Assembly (NCBI GenBank): GCA_028534125.1
Contig: CM052817.1
Location: forward strand, 22,446,001 to 22,510,000
DNA length: 64,000 nucleotides
Direction of reading: 5' to 3'
From: Lama glama
Lineage: Eukaryota
Of the stretch, positions 40,801 to 54,299 are shown piece after piece. Position numbers and translations under genes: made by a program. The number at the start of each line of letters is the position of its first letter. The first letter of the stretch is position 1. The notes under the pieces were generated by a model. It saw only the letters and a list, made by a program, of their open reading frames with translations. It made no database searches and was not told the origin of the DNA.

Positions 40801-41098
40801 TCAAGTACCAAAGACACCTACGCAAACCACCTGCTCGTTACTAAATCTCCAGGCTCAATTCTATCCTCCTTTCTTTGCCAAGAAGCTATATTCCATCTCT
40901 TGCTTTGATCAAGATTTTGTATTTGTTATAATTATCAGGACTACACATCCCTTCTTGGTCCTGAACTAGGTGTCAAAAAACAGATTAAGCAAAATTACGA
41001 CATTCTTGGACCTGTTCCCAGTTCAGAATCACCACTTTAGGCAACCAAGACCTTCCATGCTGCTCCCAGGAATACAGGCACCCTGACATGGATACACT

Positions 41099-41598
41099 NN
41101 NNNNNNNNNNNNNNNNNNNNNNNNNNNNNNNNNNNNNNNNNNNNNNNNNNNNNNNNNNNNNNNNNNNNNNNNNNNNNNNNNNNNNNNNNNNNNNNNNNNN
41201 NNNNNNNNNNNNNNNNNNNNNNNNNNNNNNNNNNNNNNNNNNNNNNNNNNNNNNNNNNNNNNNNNNNNNNNNNNNNNNNNNNNNNNNNNNNNNNNNNNNN
41301 NNNNNNNNNNNNNNNNNNNNNNNNNNNNNNNNNNNNNNNNNNNNNNNNNNNNNNNNNNNNNNNNNNNNNNNNNNNNNNNNNNNNNNNNNNNNNNNNNNNN
41401 NNNNNNNNNNNNNNNNNNNNNNNNNNNNNNNNNNNNNNNNNNNNNNNNNNNNNNNNNNNNNNNNNNNNNNNNNNNNNNNNNNNNNNNNNNNNNNNNNNNN
41501 NNNNNNNNNNNNNNNNNNNNNNNNNNNNNNNNNNNNNNNNNNNNNNNNNNNNNNNNNNNNNNNNNNNNNNNNNNNNNNNNNNNNNNNNNNNNNNNNNN
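41099..41598. other. Assembly gap (500 N)
   Basis: Exactly 500 N. Confidence 0.98.
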
Positions 41599-42259
41599 AA
41601 GTTAAATAGCTCACTTAAGCAGAGTTACACAGCTAATCAGGGGCAGAGTACAATTTGAATCCAGGCACTAGAACCCCAGAAACTACACTATTTATCACTA
41701 AAAGACAGGATTTCTGGTGTAAGAATTCTCAGACTCTGGAGGTAGAGGTCAAGAGTTAAATAGATAATTGCACCACAGTTAGACTAGCATAGAACTATGC
41801 ATACATTCTTATGGTAAGATATAGAGGGTGACATAGCACATTTAGAGGCAAAATATTTTTGGATTAGTCACCTTAATTCATTACCATGTGGCTTCCAATG
41901 CCTTTAAATAGGTTGTTATGCAAGATAATAAATGGAAAGGGTTCAGTGTATCCTTGAATTTATATGTGTGAAATGATGTTTGCTTGTTTTTTGTCTTTTC
42001 CATAGCTAGATGGCTGGCATCTCCCACTACCTATTTACTTCTCAGTATAGATTAAATAAAATTAACCTCTTCCAGGTTTATTTAAGATGTATAACTATTG
42101 TGAAACTAAGGCATAATTCCTATGAACTTACAACATTATATATATATATATATGTCTTGATTCCTTATCTGTTTTTAGGTAATGCCCTGTTTTTTGTCAC
42201 TTTTCACACAAAACTCAAAAGTTTACCATCTTCCATTTTAACTTTCCAAATTTATTTTC

Positions 42260-42720
42260 TTTGCTGAACTTTTGCCCCAGCATTCTGCTAAAGCTGTTCA
42301 TGTATATATCACCGCTGACCTCCCTACTACAAAAAACAAGAGTCCGACTTTCCCCTCATCTTACAGGCTCTCTCAGAAGCATTTGAAAAGACTGAACTGC
42401 CCCTCCTTCTTCAAATGTTAAACTCCCTTGCTGTCTGTGATGCTTTTGACTCCTGGTCTCCCTCCTGCTTTACTGATCTATCCTTCTGAGTTAAACTTTT
42501 TGGGTTTCTACTCTTGTTCTCAAATTCTATATATAGTTTGCCTCAGAGAGATGAATTGTTCCTAGGCTCCTTGTTGGTAGCTTTGTACTTTTTACACTCT
42601 CTCTCCCAGGAATCTCATCCTGGATGCAAATATGAATTTATCTATCTGTACATTTATGACTCACATATTTGTCTCCAGTCTGAAATGCGACCCTGAATTC
42701 AGAGTTATGTATCCACATTC
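42260..42720. mobile_element. L2 internal fragment
   Basis: 'cctcatcttacaggctctctcagaagcatttga...ccctccttcttcaaa...tctccctcctgct...tgactcacatatttgtctccag' resembles L2 ORF2 remnants. A similar fragment lies at ~58250-59200. Confidence 0.65.
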
Positions 42721-43912
42721 TCTTGATTAATTAACTAATTAATCCATCCGTTCATTTATTTTATCATTCTACCAACAAACATTTATTTTTTCTTACTGTT
42801 TAAAGAACTTTTGTAGATGCAAGGGATTTAATTTTGAACAATCCAGACAAGATTCCTTCTCACATGGTGCTTTTTTTTCTGAAATATTTTTGAGGGAATT
42901 AACCTTCTGTTTGATTCTTAGGACATTATGTGTTACGACTAACATGAAATTCAGGCAGTAGATCATTTGAGACTCTGAAAGACATGTCTAATGCAATGTT
43001 GCTATATTATTTTATGAAAATGTCTAAAATACTGCAGATTTTAAAACTGTCAATTTAATTATTATTCTACTCAAAAATACTTCTTTCTTTTTTTTATTGA
43101 TTATGTATTTAAAAACCTATATTGCACTCCAGATACAGGAGGTTATTCAGTTGAAATAAGCTTGATAAGTAAGTGATGTCTGAATTTCATACATTTCAGA
43201 CACTGTGAAGTGATATGCATAGCAACAGAAATAGGCATAGTTTTATCCTCAACGAGCACATAACACGAAATCATATCGTCAGCACTGATAGATCAAATAG
43301 AAAGGGCTAATACCAAGACACATGTTAAACACAGATATGAGTGGAAATCTGCATAGGAGGTACACACTTAATATCTATGTAGGTAATTGACTGAACATGG
43401 AAGTTATGCACTGAAAGTGTGAGGGGCCAAGAGAAACTTGCTGCTGAAATGATACTCAGCCCCAAACACTATCTGTGTGCTATCTCTTGATAGTAAAACT
43501 CTGAATGTAATCAGGTTAATTAACTTGATAAATCCAGGGGCCCAACAGTGACTAACACATTTAATACTCACATGCCTTATAGATTTCAATCATTCTTAAA
43601 AACATATTTGAGTGCCTACTACAACATAGAGCATATTAATGTCTATTCTACTTGATGAAGCATAGAAATCTGCTGAATTTTCATCTTTCTAGTAATAAGC
43701 TACAGTGCTCCATGATAAATGAGAGCAAATCTTATCTTCATATTAACACTTCTCCATATCTGTGGATAATCAATTCACACACTTATATTTACTCAAAATG
43801 AGAATAAAGCATGTTTGATGGAAAAAATGGTGGCGACAGGAGGGTTTAGATTTCAGATTTCCCTTCACAGTTAATATACCAAGAATCTTAGCCTGCTTGA
43901 GATTCCAGACTT

Positions 43913-44203
43913 TTTTTTTAAATTTTTTAAGTTTTTAAATTGAAGTATGGTCGATTTACAATGTTGTATTAGTTTCTGGTGTACAGCATAGTGGTTCAGT
44001 TATACATAGATATATATATCCCTTTGTCATATTCTTTTTCATTTTAGGCTATTAACAAGATTTTGAATATAGTTCCCTGTGGTATACAGTGGGTCTTTGT
44101 TGTTTATCTATTTTATATATAATAGTTACTATCTACAAATCCAGAACTTCCAGTTTATCCCTCCCCAACCCCTCTCCCCCTGGGTATCTGTAAGTTTATT
44201 TTC
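43913..44203 (-). mobile_element. 5'-truncated cetartiodactyl L1 with 15-bp TSD
   Basis: TSD tgagattccagactt (43898-43912) / tgagactacagactt (44204-44218). T-rich tail, then 'ttgaagtatggtcgatttacaatgttgtattagtttctggtgtacagc'. Confidence 0.9.
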
Positions 44204-44427
44204 TGAGACTACAGACTTTACAGCAAATTTCTCAACCCTGATAGTACATATAGAAAGTTTAAAAAAGATAATTAAGTACAAGCCCTACTCCTGGAGATTC
44301 CGATTTAACTGGTCTGGTAGTAGGGTTCAGCATTTCCTTAATGCATATTTTACAATCTGTGTTATTACAAAGCTTCCCAAATGTTTTGAATGGCAGCCAT
44401 GTTTAGGAATCACTCCTCCAAGTATGA

Positions 44428-44902
44428 TGTATTGATTAAGATACTGATAGGAAATAGATGCCACATTTAAAGAATTAATGAAGAAGATCTTTTTACAGAG
44501 ATGTGGGCAGAGAACAACCAACCAAAAGGGATGAGATCAGTAGCATCAGGAAGTTGTTAGTTCCCCGAGTTTGCAGGGGCAAGAGGAGGAAGTAGTTTCA
44601 ATAGAGCCCGCTAAGTGCTATAAAGAGAGGGGCTTCAGGAGCGGAACCCTGGCCGTGAGGAAAGGAAACAGCCACACCAAAAAGTAAGATCGTGTGGACA
44701 GGGAAGACTTGGGTGTATGTGTGACAGTAGAATGGGATAAAGAGCTTTTCTCTCCCTGCTGTTGCTCTGCAATCTCTGGCCAGTACCTTCCATCAGAAGA
44801 ATCAAACTGGGAGTTCAAGGACAAGAGAGCTCAAGACTCAGGTCTTAGTAGTCAGCTGGATACAGAGAAAGCTGTGAGTGATTACATGGAAAATAACCAG
44901 CA
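44428..44902 (-). mobile_element. LTR33-like ERVL LTR
   Basis: 'tgtattgattaag...ggaaatagatgccaca...tttacagagatgtgggcag...aggggcaagaggagg...aaataaccagca'. Confidence 0.65.
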
Positions 44903-46429
44903 TATTGAAGGACTTTCCAATTCAGTCTATACATAGCTTTTTTTAGTTCAGTCTTTCTTTTTTAGTCATGATTCCACACCTACATTATATCACTTTACTT
45001 TCAAATCCTGGATTTAAATTTGAGCACAATATGCTCTGTGCTTTTATGAAATGTTTTTTTAAATCATTTACAACTGAAATTTGAAATATTTACTTACTTA
45101 AAAAAATACTGCACTGATTAGCTGAACTCAAAATTAACAAAATTCGTATTATAAATTCTTTGATAATCTGTTAAATAATAGCAATAAAATTGTAGATATC
45201 CCATATTTAGGTCCTGAAAAATGTGGCATGAATGTTTTACATGAAAATATTATCATGGTCATTACAATAACTTTGTAATAAGTAATTATAAAACCACTCC
45301 ATTATCTAATTGAACTCCTGAACAGTTTTTTCAATTAGCTTTTAAAATCATTAAAATGAGAAATCTAAAGCTAAGAATTATTATAGACCCTTTAAAGACT
45401 GTTTTGTGGCATTTAGCTGATATAACTTAACATTTGTGAATGATTTTGCAGCCACTTCAGATGGGCCTGGGCAATATTTCTGTTTAGAGCATCATATCAT
45501 TGATGAGGAATTCAACCCCCGAAATTCTTAACAAATGATAATTTCAATAATTTGTACCAATTGCTTGTGGGCAAGACATAATTTTAAATATGCAAAGTGA
45601 TGATACAAAAACAGAGAACCGTTGTTCCTTAGATCAAACTTTTGAGATAAAATAGGTTAAAATATGTATCAGCTAAAAGGCTAATAAATCATTATTTCTG
45701 TAGCTCCAGCTCTACTCTCAAAATTTCAAGCTTTCCAAATCTATAAAAATCCCTTTGTGTCACTTGAATCTTAGGAGACCCCAGGATTTCTTGCAAATGG
45801 CCATTTTCTCCATATTCCTTAAGGTCTCCTGGCTTTGAGATTCCGGTTAGGTGCTGTGATAGTTTTTCATCTATTTTATAATGTTGTGCCATCCTCTGCT
45901 GGAAGAAAATAAATAAAAGAAGTACCAACATTGTGGCACAATCCTCCTTTTCTTTTTCCTAAGTCCCTTAATTATCTCGGCAGTTGTTTCAGTCACAGTG
46001 ACCTCCTTGAAATATGCCTGGTATATTCAAGCCTTGGGTCTTTGCACTGTGTTTTTTTCTGATTAAAAAGTCCTTTGCTCATATAAACAAATGGCTCATG
46101 CTGTCATCTTCACAGATTATATCACGTTCTCAGCAAGGTCTACTCTGAGTAATTACAAACCTATCTTCTTGACCAGCAGACTCAACCCATTCCACCCTGT
46201 CTGTTTGTTTATCTCATATGAAGTATCACCTTCTAACAATGATACGTTTGATTTCTTTTAGTATTTTTATTTTGTATTTCTCTCCATTATAATAATTCCA
46301 TAAGGGCAGAGATCATTGTCTTCCACTGTTTGTTCACTGCTGCAGCCCCAGAAGCCAGCCCACTGTCGGCACTCTGAATAATTTGTTGTGTAAAGGAGAC
46401 ACATTCACCATGATACCAAGATATTGTCA

Positions 46430-47305
46430 CATTCATTGTAATTGATTTGATTTAGAGATAAATGAGAGCAATTTCTGTAGTTCATTTATAAATGAATGCT
46501 AAAAATAACAATACTTACAACTTGTGGGATGTGGCCAAAGCATTATGTATAGAGAGCTTTATAACCCTAAATGCTCAATTTTAAGAAAAGACAGTGTCAA
46601 GATAATTACCTAAATGTATGAGCTACAAAGTTCAAACACTTAAGGCAGAATATGGTGACAGAAAGTCAAAAAATAACAATTAAAATTAAAATTAAGTGGA
46701 AATTCATTCATTTGACTAAAGAAACAGTATAGGTAACTTTTATCTAAGTGATTATGGGAAAAAAGAGAGAAGACAAACATACATATTTTTAAAGAGGGGA
46801 CATGCCTATAGATACTTCAAAATTAAATAGATGAATGCATATAATGAATAACTATAGGCAATACATTTAAATGTAAATAAAATAGACGGAGAATTTCCTA
46901 CAAATTGATAATTTAACAAACTGACTCGCAAAGGATTATAGAATCTGAATAAGCTTATAATAATTAAACAAATAGAATTAGTTTAAAACTCTTTACCAAG
47001 AAAAAATCAGGTTCCCAGGAGTATTTCCAGGCATATTTCATCAAATATTTAAGGAACCACTCCACTTACACACCAACTCTTTCAGACAAACTCTCTTCTA
47101 GAGAGAATCCCATTTGTACACACATTCTTACAAAGGAAAATACTGCGCTTTCTGAAGGTAGCCTTAATGAGGCTGACTCATCTGATATCAAAACAAGTAG
47201 AGGACATTATGGGAAATTAATATTTAAAATTAAGTTTACTCATAATTACAGACATCAAATAGCAAGTTATTTAACCAAATCTAACATTTTATATGCAAAA
47301 AGATC
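46430..47305 (+). mobile_element. Decayed L1M ORF2 fragment
   Basis: 'acttacaacttgtgggatgtggccaaagca...aactgactcgcaaagg..atagaatctgaataag...tcaaatatttaaggaa...ccaactctttcaga'. Confidence 0.75.
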
Positions 47306-48131
47306 ACTGTCTCCCTCTTCGATGTACCTCTGCAGTGTCAAAGTCTGAGCTGTTCTTCATAAACCGATTTCCTTGGAACTTTCAAGCAGTAGAGTTATTT
47401 GTGCAACATTTCGCTACCTAGGAGAATCTGGTTTACTAACTGCATACCGGGTAAGGCTCCCAGAGCTCCTGAACACCCAAGTACATGTCTGAGCTGACAA
47501 GTCACCGTTCCGGTGACCTTACTTCAGCTGCATTGCCACCTGCCTTTGAGTTGACATGCACAGCTTTAAAAATTCAAACTTAGTTGGCTCTGCCAGATAT
47601 ATTGTCACCCACCAAAACTGTGGCAGAAAACAGCTCCCTCGGATGTAGTCTGAAGGACAAGGAGAAACGGAAATCCTTCCAACTGTTAAAACTTTAAGCA
47701 TTGTATGCCTGTTCGCTTTGCCTGGGAAGAGAGAAACAAAGTGTGGATATATGTCAGTGTATGAATGTCTAAGCATTTGGCTGAATGATCGAGGGAGTCC
47801 ATATTTCATAAAATGGAAGATTGGTGACAAGGATTCTACAGAGCATACTTTGTAACAGAGTATTCTATAAAGGTCTGCAATTGTGAAATTTAAAAAAATA
47901 CTGTTTGTTTCCAGTTGCACATTTATTCAAAGATTCCTGGGAAGATGTTGGAAAATAAGATAGAAGTCATTCTGTCTCTTTCTACAACTATCCTATTGTT
48001 TTTTTTGTTGCATTCTCAGCCATGAAATCATACAGGGGGTTATTTTGGGCTTATTTGTATAGGCATATCATCATCAAGCCTGAATTGTCTGACTGAGGCA
48101 TACACTTTTAGAATTCACTTAGATGCTTTCA

Positions 48132-48297
48132 GAAAAGCAAGCAAGCAAGAGAAGGAAGAAAGGGATGGAAGGAGGGAGGGGAGGGAGGAATTGGAGGATG
48201 GAGAGAGGGAAGAAAGAAAAAGAAAGAGGAAGGAAGAAAAGAAAGAAGGAATGAAAGAACGAAAGAACAAAAGAAAGAAAGGAAGGAAGGAGGAAGA
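48132..48297 (+). repeat. Purine-rich (GAAA/GGAA/GGGA)n tract
   Basis: ~165 bp almost entirely A/G. Confidence 0.9.
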
Positions 48298-49025
48298 TTA
48301 TAAATACGTGCAAAAATAAAACAAAACAACAACAAAAACCCAAAACAAACAGCAGTTGGATACCAGATTCAAAATAGGTACCTGGCAGCAAACTAGTTTT
48401 CAGGACATTCCACCTTCGCTCAAGTTGCAAGAGCTTGGAGAAATTTTAAAAACTCAAAGCGTAAAAAAATCTGGGAGAGAAAGATCAACTGCCTTACACA
48501 TGGATTCTTAGGAAACTGTTCCACCAACTAAATCCTAAAATATCTGAATACTTAGCTAATCCTCAGGAGCCTCAGATCTCATAGAGTTACCAAGAACAAT
48601 TTTTGAACTCTGTGGGCTGAGAGACAGAGGATGTCAGTTGAGTTGGCCCATAAAACTAACCATCAAAACTACTATACTGTCAACTTAGCTTCTGATTATT
48701 TTCCATAGTTCACTGATCCACGTCCATATGGCTAGGGACATATGAGGTGCAGAAGGGAGAAGGCTAGGCTGAGGAAAAATTAATGCTAGGTTGATGACTA
48801 AATTGCTTCAATTCATGGGAGATTTGATTTCTTTGATTTGTTCATGTATAATGTCTTAGTGAATTGCTCAAATAATACATTTGTCAAATTTATGTATAGT
48901 ATGAAAATAATACATAAATAGTGGATGTTATTATAGGCATTTATTGTATAGTATTGGTTTAATTATAAACATTTACTTTGTTTGTATTGCAATTATGATA
49001 CTGGTTTGGGAAGAAACTATTTTAC

Positions 49026-49300
49026 TGCGGGTGGATTAAAAAAAAGTGACCAGAATCCTTCCTTACATCTCTGTATGCACACCCCTTGGGAAAGTGCGTT
49101 TACAGTTCCTTCCGTCAAGATCTGGGGTCTATTTCCTCACCCCTTGAATGTAGGATTGTTGACTGGCTTGCTTTGTTCAATAGGACTTTGGCAAACATGG
49201 TGCTGGCGTAAGAGTCAAATGTTCTTGAGCATTTGAGTTCACCCTCTCTTGCTGTGGCAAACCCAGAGATCATCATTCTGTGAACAAGCTTACTAGCCAT
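49026..49300 (+). mobile_element. MaLR LTR (MLT1H-like)
   Basis: 'tccttccgtcaag...ggggtctatttcctcacccttgaat...gactggcttgctttgttcaatag...tgtgaacaagc'. Confidence 0.65.
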
Positions 49301-49304
49301 TTTA

Positions 49305-49640
49305 AAGCACACAATTCAATGCATTTAATTCATTCAGAAGGGTGTGCAACCACCACCTCTCTCTAGGTTGAAAGATTTTCACTTCCAAAAAAACCCCCAT
49401 ACCCCTTAACCTCCTCATTGTCCCTCCCCTTGGCCCCTGGCAACAATAATCTGCATTTTTGTCTCTATCAAGTTTTCTATTCTGGATATTTATATAAATG
49501 CAGTATCTCCTTAAAAACTCTTAGAATTTACTCTCTTAACAACTGTCCTAAATACCACACATCAGTGTTAGCTATAGTCCTCATGTTGTGCATTACCTAC
49601 CTAGGCCTCACTTATCTTATAACTTGGAAATGTTTACCTT
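49305..49640 (-). mobile_element. L1M 3' fragments, antisense
   Basis: 'tgtgcaaccaccacc...cccctggcaacaataatctg...ttctattctggatatttatataaatg'. Confidence 0.65.
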
Positions 49641-49651
49641 TAGAGAACCTT

Positions 49652-50222
49652 CATTTTTTTCCCCCAGGGAAAAAAAAATTATTTAGTTTAACGTTTCCCC
49701 TGATCTAAAGAGAAAGATGTCAAGAGAAAGCCAAGAACATATGCATCAGCATACACTCCCCCAACCTGGAATCCAGATAACCTATAAGAAAAAAATAAGG
49801 GCAAAGTTCTATTCAACAGATAAATTCATCTTTGCTTCCGGAAAACATTTCCATATTATTTTCCTCTCCTGGCCACTTGGGCCTTCAGAATAGCAGCTTT
49901 TCCCTGGCCAGCCTCAGAGCCTTGGGTTTTATTTTTCATGCTCTTTAACATGGGTGTGTTTTTCAGCACATCAGGCAAAATGAGAAAGCAGAGTTTGCTG
50001 CCACGGACCTACACCTGCTCCAGCTGTGCCATGAGGCTGGCTCGGTACGTGACTGTGAAGCTGGGCATCTGTCAGTCCATGTTTCCTTCACCTCCTTGAG
50101 CTTCCCTTGATACGGCTAGCTGGTGTTTGTCTTACCTGTCACGAGGTGGCCTTCAGCCTCACGTAGGACTGTAATTGGCACACCAGTAGACATCTTGGCA
50201 GGAAGTTAGGCTCCAGCCTCCG
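49652..50222 (-). pseudogene. SNRPD3: Processed pseudogene of small nuclear ribonucleoprotein Sm D3
   Basis: Minus-strand ATG at 50193 to TGA at 49826: [36 protein letters not shown] / [81 protein letters not shown]. This matches Sm D3 ([32 protein letters not shown]...[56 protein letters not shown]). Intronless, with 4 stops and 1 frameshift. 5' 'cttcctgccaagATG' and 3' UTR 'catctttctctttagatcagggg' are retained. Confidence 0.95.
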
Positions 50223-50229
50223 AAAATAT

Positions 50230-50945
50230 TTTAACTGGCTATTTGTCTTTTTTTTTGAGTTGTGAGAATTCTTTATATATTTTGGAGACTAGATCCTTTT
50301 AAAATCTTTGATTTGCAAATGTTTTCTGCCTATATGTAGGTTGTCTTTTCATTTTCTTGAGGCCGCTAGAACTCTTGCACATTGCTGTTTGGAATACAAA
50401 ATTGTATGGCCACTTTGAAAGTAGTTTGGCTGAGTCTTTTCGTGTTAAACAACTACTTATTATATAGCTCAGCATTCTCATTCTTAGTATACATGCCAAG
50501 AGAAATGAAAACCTGTATCGACACAAAGACATTTATGTGAATGTTCACAGAAGCACTATTTATGATTATTAAGAACTAGAATTAATGCAATGTTCATCAA
50601 ACAGTGAATGGATAAACAAAACAAGTGCTTTATACATATTATGGACTACTTCGTAGCAACATGAAGGAATGAACTATTGGTACAGAAACAAAAATTACTG
50701 AATCTCAACAATATGCTATGTGAAAGCAGTCAAACAGACTGGGTTATTCCATTTATATGGAAGTTATACAATTTATTAAAAGGCAAAGGAGAGGAGATTG
50801 ATGGCAAATCAGCAAAGGAAAAATTTTATACCATTTTGGTGGAGGTTATATAATTTTATACAATTACTAAAATTATCAAACAATATTCTTAAAATGAGTG
50901 CGGTTTATTTTATATGTCAAACCTTAATAAGTTTGGAGAAAATAA
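50230..50945. mobile_element. L1M fragments (antisense ~50230-50360, sense ~50375-50945)
   Basis: 'tgagttgtgagaattctttatatattttggagactagatcctt' (antisense) then 'caagagaaatgaaaac...gaatggataaacaaa...ttattccatttatat' (sense). Confidence 0.75.
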
Positions 50946-52532
50946 ATACCTAACTTATTTGAACCAAAAATGAAGAGTTAATTAAATACAAGCGTTAGTT
51001 ATATCAGTGAAATTTATCTCTGGGACGGTAACTTTGTTAGGGAGAAGGTGATGATTAGTTTCAGATATAAATGACATTCATATGGAAGCATCCTCATAAA
51101 TCATTTTTTTTTAATTTTTACATTTTTTCAGATTCCACTGTTTAGCTATGGTTAAGTAGCTATTTTTACGTTAGGAAAAGATACCAGAGGGCACACTTGC
51201 ACCTGTCAGATTTATATTATTAGCCCAATAATTAGGAGTCCACCAAACAGTGAGAAACTAAGTTATTATTTTATAATTTCAAACCCTGTAACTTTGGTAA
51301 CCATGTAAATCTCAAGAAACCCTGCAAATCTGTCTTTCTTTTCTGAATGTTCTAATCAACTGCATTACCCCCAAAATGAAACAGCCTTATTCACTGAGCA
51401 TCAGGAATAACACTTTTATGTTCATTATTTCTCGAATTTCTAATGCAATCTGTAACTAATTATAATCAAGTGTCCATCGTGGATGTTCTCCACAGATATC
51501 TTTCTGCCTAATAGTCTCCTACACTTCTGTATATACATACATAAATGACACATTAGATGAAAACTGCTTTTAAGACCCTTTTTTGTCCATTACTGCATTG
51601 GCTTTTAAGGTTATATGTTATCACCACAATTAATAGTCCATCTTCATTATGCAAAATTGGAGGAATTCAAGGAGTCAATAATTAAAACTGGTTAAAAATC
51701 TAGAAATCACTTACTTTGGTTTATAACATGTAGCATATTTTAAAATACACATCTGATTATAGAGCTTAACAGGAAGTGAAAAGTTTAGTTTTCTGGGTTT
51801 GTATCATATTTTCATACTTCCAGGTCTCGTTGGGCATTTGGGTAGAGCAAAGTTTCTCCTTCTTAAACTATTTTAAGTTGAGAGACCCTTCAGATTAAAA
51901 ACAAAAATTCCTTACATGTGAAATCAGAGTAGCTAAAGATTGTAAGATATCAACATAATCAATATTTATTTATAGGAAGGGATATTTATCCTATTATTAC
52001 TTTTTTTCTATGTTTGAAAGAAATCTCATATATCAGAGCAACTGCTTATCAAATGATAACATTTTATCATGCAATGCTTAATACTATGCCCCAAAATGAC
52101 ATTGGAATTTTTCTTACATTTGGAAATACTAAGCTAAATTCATAGTACTTTAGACTTGTATATTTCTATATTTTAGTTTTGGTTATCCCAGTCACTAAAT
52201 GTGGCCTGGAAAAAGCACCATATGATTAATAAGGACAATTGTTCCTCTTTGCTCTCTGATCACTTCATTTATATTCTGTCCTCTTACTTTTGTCTCTCCT
52301 TGTCACACTGCACCTTTAGAAGAAAGAGGCTGAACCAGAACTTCTGCTGTAAAATTTGGTAAGGATCCCAGCTCATAATGGCTAGGTATAGACTGTGAAC
52401 AGAGGCTGTATGTTCATAGGTTCTGTTACCTAGTTGCTTAATTGAGGTTCTTCCTTACTTTGTAAGTGAAACAAAAATGCTTCCTAAAAATCATTGATGT
52501 CAATACTATTATGATATTCGGCGCTTAGTTAA

Positions 52533-52559
52533 ACACACACACACACACACACACACACA
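52533..52559. repeat. (CA)n microsatellite
   Basis: Perfect AC run of ~13 units. Confidence 0.95.
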
Positions 52560-54299
52560 TCCAACAAAAACAGGGTGCCCCTTGTTAGTCAAACATCATA
52601 TCTCAAAAGACACTCTATTATTAAAATAACTGAGTTTTTTTGTAATATATAATACCCAATAATCATCAATGTTGATGATTTCTGGATTAGAACCAAGTGA
52701 TTTAGATGTACTTTACTAACAGACTTCTAGAAAAATGGAATTATTTTGACTCTGTCAAATAAACAATAAAAAGGGAAAAGATGTTTGGACATACTACACT
52801 TTCTAAATATCTATACAAAGAAAGGAGAAACACTTATCCTTATTTTCTATATTTAAGAAAGATTAATTTTCTGATTCTTTTAAAAATTCTTATTAACCTA
52901 TAGAAACTACGATCAAGAGTGTGTGATACAATTATGCATATCATGCAATAATACACACCATATGGAAATATCCAGGACACAAAAATGTAATTATCTATTA
53001 CTGTTGATGCATTGTGTCTGACTCACTCAATTCCAGGTTATTTATGTGAGCCAACTCAGACAACTCTTGCAATGTAAGTAGGACTTAATTTCAAAATCAT
53101 ATTTCTAAAACATATTTCATAAATCATTTTTGTTAAAAAATAAATGTTCTAGTATTACTTATTTTATGCTTTACTTTCTACACTTTTCTAGAAAGTTCAA
53201 TGTCATAGTATAAATAATTACAGAGAAAGGAAACAAATACAGTATAATTTATTTTATCTTAAGCTTATTCCCTGAAAAAAAGTGATTTGATGAATTTTAA
53301 GTATTTCAAAAGCAGTGTAGTATCAAAATTGCCAATAGTCTTAAAAAGAAAACTTTATGCCATACTCTCATTTATATAGTTGTGAATTTATTACTTTAAC
53401 TTTCTGATTTCTGATAATGCTTTTCAAAGAAAACATTTTTATGACAAATTATTAGCTACAAAATCCACTTTTTTAAACTGTCATTGACAAGAAGATGATA
53501 AAGCCATTCGTAACAGTTTTATAAGAGGAAAAATCCATCTGTGAGTCAATCAGAAAAATAAGAAAATAATTAAGGTAGTGGCTCATTCATCTGCAGTTTA
53601 TGCTAGCTTATACTTTCCTTTATGAAAAATATCTTCCAGTGCAAAATCACTTAAGCTTATATTTTAAATGAAGCTAATTTAATAATAATAGCAACTACTT
53701 CTATATTGCTTACTACAGTCCACATACCACTGTATTTGCCTTATATATGTATTAACTCAATCCGTATAACAACCCTGTGTCAGAAGTACTATTATTGTTT
53801 CTATTTTTGTGGTAAGAAAATTGAGGTGTGAGAATGCAATTTGCAGATACTTACCCAAAGAAGACATGAGGCACTTAGACTTAAAGCTAAGGGTCTAATT
53901 CAAAGACTTTTGCTTTTGTTAAAATAGAATTATGTTGTGCTGTCTCACTTAAGATTAAAATATTAACTTTAATAACAAACAATATAGCTATGCTTCCAGC
54001 ATTATGTCCGTGGGGTAATTCCACTTGCAGAAGCAACTCTTTCTGGGTATCACTGGCCTCATAAATAAAGAGGCTGTGCTCTCTCTTAAAATATGAGCCT
54101 GAACTACCATGGTAGGAGCCAAGTGTAGTTCAGACGAGTTCCCCCAAAGTGAGCTAGCAAGAGCAGGACTGACTGAGGGGCAAAGCCTGGGGCCAGAAGC
54201 AAGGTGAAGTATTCTATCTTAGCTCATTCACCTGAAGTTAGGGACCACAGTCAAAGGCACTCAAGAAAAATAAAAAACCTGAGTGACTCTGTAACTATT

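Noticed and set aside
45692..45931. 79-aa minus-strand ORF with a good splice acceptor near 45899
   Set aside because: No recognisable protein, weak donor, and the frame is incompatible with the 47523-47721 candidate exon.
47306..48131. Possible second bornavirus-like insert (G or N)
   Set aside because: The frames I translated showed no motifs of bornavirus N or G as I recall them. Left as unexplained.
48119..48430. Hydrophobic membrane-like ORFs (also 59566-59952)
   Set aside because: Translations of purine/pyrimidine simple repeats.
49967..50044. Plus-strand 78-nt exon-like segment with AG/GT boundaries and an open frame
   Set aside because: It is the antisense of the SNRPD3 pseudogene coding sequence.
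54099..54133. Hairpin ctgaactac...gtagttcag
   Set aside because: Too short for a pre-miRNA, and 9-bp stems are expected by chance in 64 kb.
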